A stretch of DNA of 64,000 nucleotides. Origin: Candidatus Latescibacterota bacterium (GTDB lineage: Bacteria > Latescibacterota > UBA2968). The DNA lies in contig OZ241986.1 of assembly GCA_965204375.1 (NCBI GenBank), forward strand, positions 2,016,001 through 2,080,000, in the 5' to 3' direction. The notes beneath the pieces are model-generated. The model saw nothing but the letters and a program-made list of their open reading frames with translations, was not told where the DNA came from and ran no database searches. Positions 29,537-37,988 of this stretch are shown in pieces. The translations under genes and the position numbers were made by a program. Each line of letters begins with the position of its first letter. Position 1 is the first letter of the stretch.

Positions 29537-31233
29537 CCAGACCAAATATTCTCGTGATCTTGACCGACGATCAGGGTTGGGGTGATTTGAGTGTACACGG
29601 CAACACAAATCTCAACACGCCAAATGTGGATTCTCTCGCACGAGATGGCGCGCTATTCGACCGGTTTTACGTCTGCCCGGTATGCGCGCCCACGCGAGCA
29701 GAATTTTTGACAGGACGCTATCATCTGCGCGGCGGTGTCCACGGCGTAAGCACGGGTGCCGAGCGACTAAACCTCGATGAAACAACAATTGCCGACGTGT
29801 TCAAAGCCGCTGGATACGCCACGGGTGCTTATGGCAAGTGGCACAATGGAACGCAACATCCCTATCATCCGAACGCACGGGGATTTGACGAATTTTTTGG
29901 ATTCTGTTCCGGACACTGGGGACAATATTTCGATGCCGAACTCGAGCACAACGGCGAACTCACGCGCGGAACGGGATATTTACCCGATGAATGTACAGAC
30001 CGCGCCATGGATTTTATGGCGGCAAATGTCGAACGCGGCCAACCGTTCTTCTGTTACCTCCCCTACAATATCCCACACACCCCATTTCAGGTACCAGACG
30101 AATTTTACGATCCATTCCGCGACAAACCGATAGAGATGCTGGCGACCAACCCCGATCAGGAAGAGATAGTCCGCACACGAGCGGCACTGGCACTATGTGA
30201 AAACATCGATTGGAACGTGGGGCGATTACTGGACAAACTCGACGAATTGGAAATCGCGGAAGACACCATTGTATTTTATTTTGGAGACAATGGTCCCAAT
30301 GGTGCGCGATGGAATGGCGGGATGAAAGGCACAAAAGGATCCACAGATGAAGGCGGCGTGCGCGTGGCGGGCTTGATGCGCTGGAAGGGGCATATTCAAG
30401 CGGGTACAGTAATTGAAGAAATCGCCGGAGCAATTGATTTATTGCCCACATTTGCCGACCTCGCGGGTATCGACTTAAAAGTTGAAAAACCCATAGATGG
30501 TCGCAGCCTCAAACCCCTGCTATTGGGCGAAGATGTCGAATGGTCTGACCGCATCATCCTATCACACCAGCGGGCACAATTGAGCGCACGCAATCAGCGA
30601 TTCCGATTGGACATAGAGGGCAAGTTGTACGATATGGCCGCCGATGGTGGACAGACAACAGATGTGTCAAAAGAACATCCCGATGTCCACGCAAAATTGT
30701 CAGATGCAGCGGCAAAATTTCACGCCGAAGTCTTGCCCGTCCACGACGACCGCCCCTTTGCCACGGGCTACTGGGAAACGACCCGCTTGCCCGCCCGAGA
30801 TGGGGTGCATCACGGCACAGTCCAGCGCAGTGCCGGCGCGCCCAACTGCTCGTATTTCACGCACTGGACCCAGGTAGGTGATCGGATGACATGGGAGATT
30901 GAAGTCGGCACAACGGGCGACTATGAAGCAGCGGTTTATTATACATGCCCTGAAGAAGATGTAGGATCAACCGTCGAGCTGGTATTTCATCCCGCACAAG
31001 GACAGGCAACACAAGTGCAAGGACAGGTGACCGACGCACACGACCCACCACTAATCGGCGCAGCAGATGACCGCTGGCCGCGCGGCGGCGAGTCTTACGT
31101 GAAGGATTTTGAGCCATTGACACTGGGAACAATCCACCTGAACGAAGGCAGAGGCACATTGACCTTGCGCGCCCTTGACGTACCCCATTCACAGGTAATG
31201 GATGTGCGGCGCGTGATGCTGATCCGCAGATGA
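29533..31233 (+). CDS. Arylsulfatase (formylglycine-dependent)
   Basis: RPNILVILTDDQG, CAPTRAEFLTGRY, GKWHNG and GDNG. Confidence 0.94.
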   Translation: MTRPNILVILTDDQGWGDLSVHGNTNLNTPNVDSLARDGALFDRFYVCPVCAPTRAEFLTGRYHLRGGVHGVSTGAERLNLDETTIADVFKAAGYATGAYGKWHNGTQHPYHPNARGFDEFFGFCSGHWGQYFDAELEHNGELTRGTGYLPDECTDRAMDFMAANVERGQPFFCYLPYNIPHTPFQVPDEFYDPFRDKPIEMLATNPDQEEIVRTRAALALCENIDWNVGRLLDKLDELEIAEDTIVFYFGDNGPNGARWNGGMKGTKGSTDEGGVRVAGLMRWKGHIQAGTVIEEIAGAIDLLPTFADLAGIDLKVEKPIDGRSLKPLLLGEDVEWSDRIILSHQRAQLSARNQRFRLDIEGKLYDMAADGGQTTDVSKEHPDVHAKLSDAAAKFHAEVLPVHDDRPFATGYWETTRLPARDGVHHGTVQRSAGAPNCSYFTHWTQVGDRMTWEIEVGTTGDYEAAVYYTCPEEDVGSTVELVFHPAQGQATQVQGQVTDAHDPPLIGAADDRWPRGGESYVKDFEPLTLGTIHLNEGRGTLTLRALDVPHSQVMDVRRVMLIRR

Positions 31234-31244
31234 AAACCAAGAGA

Positions 31245-31277
31245 ATCCGCAGATGAACGCAGATAGACGCAGATGAA
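31245..31277 (-). repeat. Short tandem 10-bp repeat, copy B (reverse orientation)
   Basis: ATCCGCAGATGAACGCAGATAGACGCAGATGAA; one more ATCCGCAGATGA unit overlaps the sulfatase stop codon. Confidence 0.8.
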
Positions 31278-31328
31278 GGCGAGGGATCTGAACAGGACGC
31301 CAAGTTGCGGCTAAATGAAGAATTTCAC

Positions 31329-31356
31329 TTGACAGTGGAATTCTTTTCTTTATATT
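31329..31356 (+). promoter_or_regulatory. Putative promoter of the Type I RM operon
   Basis: TTGACA - 16 bp - TATATT. Confidence 0.5.
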
Positions 31357-31412
31357 GCAGGAAAGGCTTTCATGTAATTTTTTTAATCAAACGCAACTCT
31401 TTGCCAGTAATT

Positions 31413-31997
31413 ATGAAATACAAGCTCAAAGACATCGCCCTTGTTCAGATGGGCCTTTCCTTTCGATCCCGCATTGAGCCGGACGCGGATGGAAATGTGG
31501 CTGTCATTCAGATGCGCGATCTGACCGAAGATAACAAATTGGATTATCGCACTCTCACGACCGTCAACATCAACGGCATCGATGAACGCCATCTGGTCGA
31601 ATGCAAAGATTTGGTTTTCCGCTCTCGAGGTAGAACTACTACTGCCGCAATTATCGACCAGGAACCAGGTCAAGCAGTTGTTGCGGCCCCGTTGTTTCTC
31701 ATTCGGGCTACAAGCGAAAAAGTACTTCCTGAGTATCTATACTGGTTTATCAACCTGTCCTCATCTCAAGCATTTTTACACAGCAGGGCGACCGGAACGA
31801 TGATGATTATGATAGGCAAATCGGCTCTCGATGCTTTGGAAATCCCTCTCCCCAATCTTGAAACACAGAAGCAAATCGTCACCCTCGCCGATTTGTTAAA
31901 TAAGGAACAAAGACTGATGAGAGCTTTGGTGGAGCAAAAGGAAAAACTGGTCAAAGCCATTCAGATGCGATTGGCAACTGAATCTGAAAAACCTTAA
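31413..31997 (+). CDS. Half-size Type I RM specificity subunit (single TRD)
   Basis: KLKDIALVQMGLSFR..DLVFRSRG..PEYLYWFIN..LEIPLPNLETQKQIV followed by a helix; one HsdS half. Confidence 0.82.
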   Translation: MKYKLKDIALVQMGLSFRSRIEPDADGNVAVIQMRDLTEDNKLDYRTLTTVNINGIDERHLVECKDLVFRSRGRTTTAAIIDQEPGQAVVAAPLFLIRATSEKVLPEYLYWFINLSSSQAFLHSRATGTMMIMIGKSALDALEIPLPNLETQKQIVTLADLLNKEQRLMRALVEQKEKLVKAIQMRLATESEKP

Positions 31998-32021
31998 ATC
32001 AACAGGAGTAAAAAAGAAAAC

Positions 32022-33536
32022 ATGAACCATCAAATCCAACAAAAAGACATCAACAACGCTGCCTGGGCTGCCTGCGACACCTTTCGCGGAGTGATGGATG
32101 CCGCCGGATATAAGGACTACATTCTCGTAATGTTGTTCCTGAAATACATTTCCGATGTCTGGAAAGACCACTACGAGGAATATGAAAAAAGATACGGCGA
32201 CAACGATGAACGCATCCGGCGCAGGCTGAGGAATGAGCGTTTTGTTTTGCCGGATGGCAGTAGCTTTTACAGCCTCTATGAACAACGCTCGGCTCCCAAT
32301 ATCGGCGAACTCATCAACATTGCGCTGGAGGAGATTGAAACGGAAAACAAACAGAAATTGGAAGGCGTTTTTCGCAATATAGATTTCAATAGTGAGACAA
32401 ATCTCGGCAGGACCAGAGACCGCAACCGCCGCCTGAAAACACTGCTGGAAGATTTCAACAAACCCGAATTGAATATGAGTCCCAGACGGGTTTCAGAGGA
32501 TGTGATTGGCAACACGTACATCTACCTGATTGAACGTTTCGCATCTGACGCGGGCAAAAAAGCCGGCGAGTTCTACACGCCACACAAGGTATCCGAACTG
32601 GTAGCAAAACTGTGCGCTCCCAAACCCGGCGCCCGCATCTGTGACCCCGCCTGCGGGTCTGCGGGTCTTCTCATTGAAGCCGCGCGTGTAGTAGGCGACA
32701 AAAACTACGCCCTTTATGGAATGGAAGTGAACGGTAGCACCTGGGCGTTGGCGCGTATGAATATGTTTCTGCATGGAGCCGATGCAGCCCGCATTGAATG
32801 GTGCAACACACTCACTGCCCCGGCACTCGTAGAATCCGACCGGCTGATGAAATTCGACAATGTGGTCGCCAATCCCCCGTTTTCGCTTAATAAGTGGGGC
32901 GCGGAAGATGCCGAGGCAGACATATACAACCGCTTCTGGCGCAGTTTACCTCCCAAATCCAAGGGCGACTATGCGTTTATCAGCCACATGGTGGAAGCGG
33001 CTTTGGAAAAACAGGGACGGGTTTCTGTTGTGGTCCCACACGGCGTTTTGTTCCGGGGCGGTGCTGAAGGGCGCATTCGCCAGCAACTCATCGAAGAAAA
33101 CTTGCTCGACGCTGTCATTGGCTTGCCGGGCAATCTATTCCCCACGACCTCAATACCAGTCGCCATTCTGGTCTTTGACCGCTCGCGTGAATACGGGGGC
33201 GCGAATGAGAACCGCAAAGATGTCTTGTTCATTGATGCAAGCCGCGAATATCAGGCCAGCAAGAATCAAAATGCATTGCTGGACGAACACATCGAGAAAA
33301 TCACCAACACTTATACCAAACGCCAGGATATGGACAAATATGCCCACCTCGCCACCTTTGAAGAAATTGAGGAAAATGACTTCAATTTAAACATTCCGCG
33401 TTATGTAGATACCTTTGAAGAAGAAGAGGAGATTGATATTGATGCCGTGCAGCTTGAGATAAACCAACTGGAAGAGGAGTTGAGTGTGGTGCGGGGAGAG
33501 ATGGGAAGATTAATGGAGGGAATAAAACGAGCATGA
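32022..33536 (+). CDS. hsdM: Type I RM methyltransferase subunit M
   Basis: WAACDTFRG, KAGEFYTP, DPACGSAGLL (motif I), ANPPF (motif IV) and FNLNIPRYV. Confidence 0.97.
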   Translation: MNHQIQQKDINNAAWAACDTFRGVMDAAGYKDYILVMLFLKYISDVWKDHYEEYEKRYGDNDERIRRRLRNERFVLPDGSSFYSLYEQRSAPNIGELINIALEEIETENKQKLEGVFRNIDFNSETNLGRTRDRNRRLKTLLEDFNKPELNMSPRRVSEDVIGNTYIYLIERFASDAGKKAGEFYTPHKVSELVAKLCAPKPGARICDPACGSAGLLIEAARVVGDKNYALYGMEVNGSTWALARMNMFLHGADAARIEWCNTLTAPALVESDRLMKFDNVVANPPFSLNKWGAEDAEADIYNRFWRSLPPKSKGDYAFISHMVEAALEKQGRVSVVVPHGVLFRGGAEGRIRQQLIEENLLDAVIGLPGNLFPTTSIPVAILVFDRSREYGGANENRKDVLFIDASREYQASKNQNALLDEHIEKITNTYTKRQDMDKYAHLATFEEIEENDFNLNIPRYVDTFEEEEEIDIDAVQLEINQLEEELSVVRGEMGRLMEGIKRA

Positions 33537-33900
33537 GCAAGAAATCCTCAAAAGATCTGACGATTCGCAGCAGCACAGCGAAATTTCTGATCTTTACCAA
33601 CCAAGCCGGTGAAGATAGTATCGAAGTGCGTTACCAGGATGAAACCATCTGGCTAACACAAAAACTCATGGCTGAGTTATTTTCCGTTGATCGCTCAGTT
33701 ATTACAAAGCACTTGCAAAATATCTTTAATGACAACGAGTTAGATCAGGATTCAGTATGTGCACGTTTTGCACATACTGCCGCTGACGGTAAAAATTACA
33801 ATACTCAGTTTTACAATCTGGACGCCATTATTTCCGTTGGTTATCGCGTAAACTCCAGGCGCGCCACGCAATTCCGCCAATGGGCAACCCGGGTTCTGCG
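33533..33900 (+). pseudogene. Truncated RhuM-family (virulence RhuM-like) gene
   Basis: ETIWLTQKLMAELF, YNLDAIISVGYRVNSRRATQFRQWATRVLR; similarity stops at 33900 and the ORF runs on out of frame through a toxin remnant to 34003. Confidence 0.78.
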
Positions 33901-33957
33901 GATAATATTGGACGAGCAAAAACCTATTTGCAAAATTACAAGGAGACCCAACGATGA
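33901..33957 (+). pseudogene. 3' remnant of a RelE/HigB-like toxin gene
   Basis: Reads DNIGRAKTYLQNYKETQR*, matching RDIARAKAYWLEYKEAQR* of the toxin at 34317, with the same CCCAACGATGA junction. Confidence 0.75.
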
Positions 33958-34280
33958 GAAAAATGAGAAATTATCGCGACTACTTAATCGAAGGGCTTTC
34001 TGACTTTGGGGAGGCCATCTCCTACCTGCAAGTCTCACTGGAAGAATACCAAAAAGACGGGTATGGCGATGTCCTGTATCTTGCTTATGAGACGGCGATT
34101 AAAGCGCAAGGCGGTACGCGAGAATTTGCGCGAAAGACGCATAGCAATCCTCAAGATGTGGAGAATGCCCTGTCAAACAAAGACGAGACGCTGATTGCGG
34201 ACATCATCGCCCAACTGCCCACGGCACAATGCGAGATTTCTGAAACAGAGACCGAAAAATCGCAGGCGGTCGAGACCTGA
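33954..34280 (+). CDS. Addiction-module antitoxin (HI1420/HigA-like), copy 1, orphan
   Basis: YRDYLIE.L.D..EAISYLQ..LEE..KAQGG followed by an HTH-like segment; paralogue of 34649. Confidence 0.8.
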   Translation: MRKMRNYRDYLIEGLSDFGEAISYLQVSLEEYQKDGYGDVLYLAYETAIKAQGGTREFARKTHSNPQDVENALSNKDETLIADIIAQLPTAQCEISETETEKSQAVET

Positions 34281-34316
34281 AATTGCACCCTGAACCAGGC
34301 AAAGGGCAGATAGAGA

Positions 34317-34652
34317 ATGCTTGCCACGCAACCGAGAAAACTGCAAATTTACCAGCGTTCAAATGGGCGAGAACCTTTCACCGAATGGCTGGAATCACGA
34401 AATCAAAAGACGCAGGAACGAATCCAGGCCCGACTTGACCGGCTTGTGGGCGGCAATTTTGGTGATTGTGAATCTATTGGTCAAGGTATCTTTGAAATTC
34501 GTCTCCATTTCGGTGCAGGCTATCGAATCTATTTTGGTGAAGTAGATAACACAATCGTCCTTCTGCTTTGTGGTGGCGACAAGTCCTCACAGAATCGAGA
34601 CATTGCACGCGCAAAAGCCTATTGGCTGGAATACAAGGAGGCCCAACGATGA
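34317..34652 (+). CDS. RelE/ParE-family addiction-module toxin (HI1419-like)
   Basis: GREPFTEWL, RLDRLVGGNFGD, EIRLHFGAGYRIYFG and LLLCGGDKSSQ. Confidence 0.92.
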   Translation: MLATQPRKLQIYQRSNGREPFTEWLESRNQKTQERIQARLDRLVGGNFGDCESIGQGIFEIRLHFGAGYRIYFGEVDNTIVLLLCGGDKSSQNRDIARAKAYWLEYKEAQR

Positions 34653-34969
34653 GACAAATGAGAGATTATCGCGATTACTTGATCGAGAAACTTTCTGACT
34701 GCGATAGAGCCATCTCCTATCTTCAAACAGCACTGGAAGAATACGAAATAGATGGAGACAGTGCTGCACTCCACCTCGCATTCAATCAGGCTGTTGAAGC
34801 ACAAGGCGGTGCGCGAGAATTTGCCCGAAAGACGCATAGTAATCCTCAAGACGTGGCGAATGCCCTGTCAAACAAGGACGAGACCCTGATTGCGAACATC
34901 ATCGCTCAACTGCCCGCGACGCAATGCGAGACCTCTGAAACAAAGAAATTGCAGACGGTTAAGACATAA
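34649..34969 (+). CDS. Addiction-module antitoxin (HI1420/HigA-like), copy 2
   Basis: ATGA overlap with the toxin; RBS AAGGAGG; strongly similar to 33954. Confidence 0.85.
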   Translation: MRQMRDYRDYLIEKLSDCDRAISYLQTALEEYEIDGDSAALHLAFNQAVEAQGGAREFARKTHSNPQDVANALSNKDETLIANIIAQLPATQCETSETKKLQTVKT

Positions 34970-35071
34970 AGCAGGAGGGCAAAAGCGATAAGCAGAAAAG
35001 CGCAAGATGATGTGTTGCCTGTCTGTTCCCGCCTCTGGCAGACAGGTGGACGCAGATGAAAAGATTGAAAT

Positions 35072-35293
35072 ATGGATAAAAGACTTTTAGAAAATCCTAC
35101 CGGGATTGTCATCGGAAGCAAAACTTCTGGTGATCGTGCAGCCGGTCTTGTTCAGTTAGTCCAGTCATGGATTGATGAGGGCGATACTGACGAACAGCGG
35201 GAAACACTCGAGTACCTCATTCACGCTTTGGATGAAGACCGACTCTCCAATCGCAAGCTCTTTCCGAAGAAACTGAAAGGAAAGAGTTGGTAA
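35072..35293 (+). CDS. Small acidic hypothetical protein (antitoxin-like)
   Basis: LVQSWIDEGDTDEQRETLEYLIHALDEDRLSNRKLFP; size and TA-rich context. Confidence 0.6.
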   Translation: MDKRLLENPTGIVIGSKTSGDRAAGLVQLVQSWIDEGDTDEQRETLEYLIHALDEDRLSNRKLFPKKLKGKSW

Positions 35294-35330
35294 GCCAGAA
35301 GTACTGCACAGTTCTATAAGGGATAACAGA

Positions 35331-36557
35331 ATGACAGTGCAAAATGGACCGTTGCCGAAGGGATGGCGGGAAGTGCGGCTAAATAACGTCGCCTCTATTA
35401 AAACTGGGCCTTTTGGCACACAACTGCATCAGCGCGATTATGTTCAATCTAACGGGACGCCAATAGTCACGGTTGAGCATTTGAGCGAAAGGGGACTCAT
35501 ACATAAAAATTTGCCTTTAGTATCTCATCATGACAAACAAAGATTGAGTCAATATCTCATTCAGGAAGGCGATATTGTTTTTAGCCGCGTTGGATCAGTT
35601 GATCGAAGTGCTTTGGTTTCAAAAGGCGAAGATGGATGGCTTTTTTCAGGTCGTCTATTGCGGGTAAGACCCAAGAAATGTGATGTATATAGCTCATATT
35701 TAAATTACTTTTTTCATACACGAAAATTTAGACACCATATGAAAAGCATTGCGGTTGGTGGAACTATGCCTTCAATAAATACCAGCATATTGAGCAATGT
35801 CATTATTCATCTTCCTTCTCTGGATCAACAAAAAGCCATTGCGTCGTTGCTGGAAAAATGGGACACGGCCATTGAGAAAACCGAAGCACTGATAGAGGCG
35901 AAGGAGAAGCGGTTTAAGTGGTTGCTGAAAACACTCATCAGCGACCAGCAGGATAATCCTGAATGGCAGCAGGTGAAATTGACGGAGGTTGGTGTAATCC
36001 ACTCTGGTGGAACGCCATCAACCCGAGACAGTAGCTACTGGAATGGCGATATTCCCTGGCTCACGCCCTCAGAAGTCACCAGACTATCTGAAAAATACAT
36101 CAATTCTACTGAAAGACATATAACTCAAAAAGGACTTTCCCGTACAACATTACTTCCTGAAAACTGCCTTATTATATGCACCAGAGCCACTATAGGAAAC
36201 TGTTGCATTAACACGGTTCCTATGGCAATCAATCAGGGATTCAAATGTATTCAGCCTTGCAGACGCTATTCAGTCACATTCTTATACTATGCCTTCCTGT
36301 TATTGAAGACACGACTGATAAGATTGTCCTGTGGAAATACATTTGGCGAAGTTTCAAAGAAAGATTTTGCCAATATCCTCATATCCGTTCCGTCTCTATT
36401 TGAACAGAAAACTATTGCTGCACATCTGGACACAGCACAAGAGGAAATATATCTACTCAACCAACTCACCGAACAATACCGCACGCAAAAACGCGGATTG
36501 ATGCAGAAATTGCTGACGGGAGAATGGAGAATCACGCCAAATAAAAGAAAAAATTAA
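35331..36557 (+). CDS. hsdS: Type I RM specificity subunit S (two TRDs)
   Basis: LPKGWREVRL; TRD1; PSLDQQKAIA helix; TRD2 (SGGTPST..YWNGDIPW); PSLFEQKTIA..KRGLMQKLLTG. Confidence 0.95.
   Translation: MTVQNGPLPKGWREVRLNNVASIKTGPFGTQLHQRDYVQSNGTPIVTVEHLSERGLIHKNLPLVSHHDKQRLSQYLIQEGDIVFSRVGSVDRSALVSKGEDGWLFSGRLLRVRPKKCDVYSSYLNYFFHTRKFRHHMKSIAVGGTMPSINTSILSNVIIHLPSLDQQKAIASLLEKWDTAIEKTEALIEAKEKRFKWLLKTLISDQQDNPEWQQVKLTEVGVIHSGGTPSTRDSSYWNGDIPWLTPSEVTRLSEKYINSTERHITQKGLSRTTLLPENCLIICTRATIGNCCINTVPMAINQGFKCIQPCRRYSVTFLYYAFLLLKTRLIRLSCGNTFGEVSKKDFANILISVPSLFEQKTIAAHLDTAQEEIYLLNQLTEQYRTQKRGLMQKLLTGEWRITPNKRKN
36493..36530 (+). repeat. hsdS 3'-end direct repeat, copy 1 (inside hsdS)
   Basis: GCGGATTGATGCAGAAATTGCTGACGGGAGAATGGAGA. 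Confidence 0.9.
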
Positions 36558-36586
36558 AATGGACTTTTATGGCAGATCAGGAGGAT

Positions 36587-36853
36587 ATGATGAGAAATTT
36601 TAGAATTATCGTTGAAAGATATTCCGATGGCTATGTGGGATATCCGCTCGGATTGAAGGGGGTCGTCATTGGGCTAGGAGATACTTATGAAGAGGCATTG
36701 GCAGATGTAAAATCTGCTATTCGGTTTCATATTGAGACGTTTGGTAAAGAAGCGTTTGATGAAGAGATTGTTGACGGGAAAGTGGAGGGTAAAACCAAAT
36801 ACAAAGGCGAGGATGTGAATTTTATACAAAAAGGAGCGACCAGCCTCAAATGA
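36587..36853 (+). CDS. HicB-family antitoxin (no adjacent hicA)
   Basis: FRIIVERYSDGYVGYPLGLKGVVIGLGDTYEEALADVKSAIRFHIE; RBS AGGAGG. Confidence 0.85.
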   Translation: MMRNFRIIVERYSDGYVGYPLGLKGVVIGLGDTYEEALADVKSAIRFHIETFGKEAFDEEIVDGKVEGKTKYKGEDVNFIQKGATSLK

Positions 36854-36955
36854 GGAGGATTACTGAAAAGGAGCAATCCTCACTGGTCACTAATATGATC
36901 ATGTGCCATTATGCTGCATTTGTCAACCAAGTAAATGCTTAAAACGAAAAAATTA

Positions 36956-37018
36956 ACTCAAAAATGCGGATTGATGCAGAAATTACTCACTGGACAATGG
37001 AGAGTGAGCAGGCAATAA
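36956..37018 (+). repeat. hsdS 3'-end direct repeat, copy 2
   Basis: Encodes TQKCGLMQKLLTGQWRVSRQ*; identical 19-bp core at 36966. Confidence 0.9.
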
Positions 37019-37071
37019 AAAGGACATTGTATGAAAAAAATTCCAAAAATTGGATTTATAGGAGATACCAA

Positions 37072-37923
37072 ATGAATTGGAAAGACTACGAAAAAGAAGT
37101 GTATCAATATTTCGCACAGATGTACCCTGAAGCTGAAATTACTTACGATGCGAAAATTACAGGTCTCTATTCAAAAGAAGAACGCCAAGTAGATGTGTTA
37201 ATCGAAGATGAGGTTGCAGGAATGCCAATCAAGATTGCGGTGGATGCAAAGTATTTCTCGCGAAAAGTAGATATTAAATGCGTCGAATCGTTCATCTCAA
37301 TGATAGGAGATATAGGTGCAAATCAGGGGCTATTAATAACTCAAAAAGGATATTCGGACGCAGCAATCAAGCGCGCCCATTATGGACCTGATAAGATCGA
37401 GCTTGATGTGTTAAACTTCGAAGATTTACAAAATCATCAAGGCTTGGGAGCTATCCCTTATTCAGGCGAGAATGCCATATTATTATCTGCCCCTTTTGGT
37501 TGGGTAATCGATAACAAAAGACGACCGGGACTCCTCGCTTGTCTTTATCAACGAGGCTTGGATCTTAAAAAAGCGCAAGAAAATTTAGAATGGATGTATC
37601 TAAATTTTTGGCATAAAGACGAAAAAGCTTCATCTATCGTCAAACTTGTTAAAATGCAAAATAAAAACTTGGAAGCCCGGCATACAAATTTATGTATAAA
37701 CGAACGGCGTTCACCTAAAAGAACTGATAAAAGAAATACATATATTAAAGTAGTTAATTCGGATCAGCTACCTTGTCAAGAAATCACAGGATATATCGAC
37801 TGTGACGAATTTATAGTATTTTTTGTACTGTTTACAAAAAAAGAGTTGGAAAGCAGAAATTTGCGAAAACTCGCATACATTCTTAAATACGCAACCCCAA
37901 CAAAAATTGCTTTCAGAAATTAG
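37072..37923 (+). CDS. Mrr-like PD-(D/E)xK restriction endonuclease with an uncharacterised C-terminal domain
   Basis: WKDYEKEV..RQVDVLI..IAVDAKYFSRKVD..GLLITQKGYSDAA (Mrr_cat pattern); AT-rich; RBS AGGAG. Confidence 0.82.
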   Translation: MNWKDYEKEVYQYFAQMYPEAEITYDAKITGLYSKEERQVDVLIEDEVAGMPIKIAVDAKYFSRKVDIKCVESFISMIGDIGANQGLLITQKGYSDAAIKRAHYGPDKIELDVLNFEDLQNHQGLGAIPYSGENAILLSAPFGWVIDNKRRPGLLACLYQRGLDLKKAQENLEWMYLNFWHKDEKASSIVKLVKMQNKNLEARHTNLCINERRSPKRTDKRNTYIKVVNSDQLPCQEITGYIDCDEFIVFFVLFTKKELESRNLRKLAYILKYATPTKIAFRN

Positions 37924-37930
37924 AAGGCAA

Positions 37931-37973
37931 GCGGATTGATGCAGAAATTGCTGACCGGGAAATGGCGAGTTAA
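37931..37973 (+). repeat. hsdS 3'-end direct repeat, copy 3
   Basis: GCGGATTGATGCAGAAATTGCTGACCGGGAAATGGCGAGTTAA, encoding GLMQKLLTGKWRV. Confidence 0.9.
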
Positions 37974-37988
37974 GGAGCAGAAAAGGTC

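Noticed and set aside
37031-37075. Mini-ORF MKKIPKIGFIGDTK overlapping the Mrr-like gene start
   Set aside because: Only 14 codons; could be a deletion remnant or leader but cannot be supported from sequence alone.
35331-37973. Classical invertible hsdS shufflon
   Set aside because: The repeats are direct rather than inverted, there are no silent inverted TRD copies behind them, and no recombinase is adjacent.
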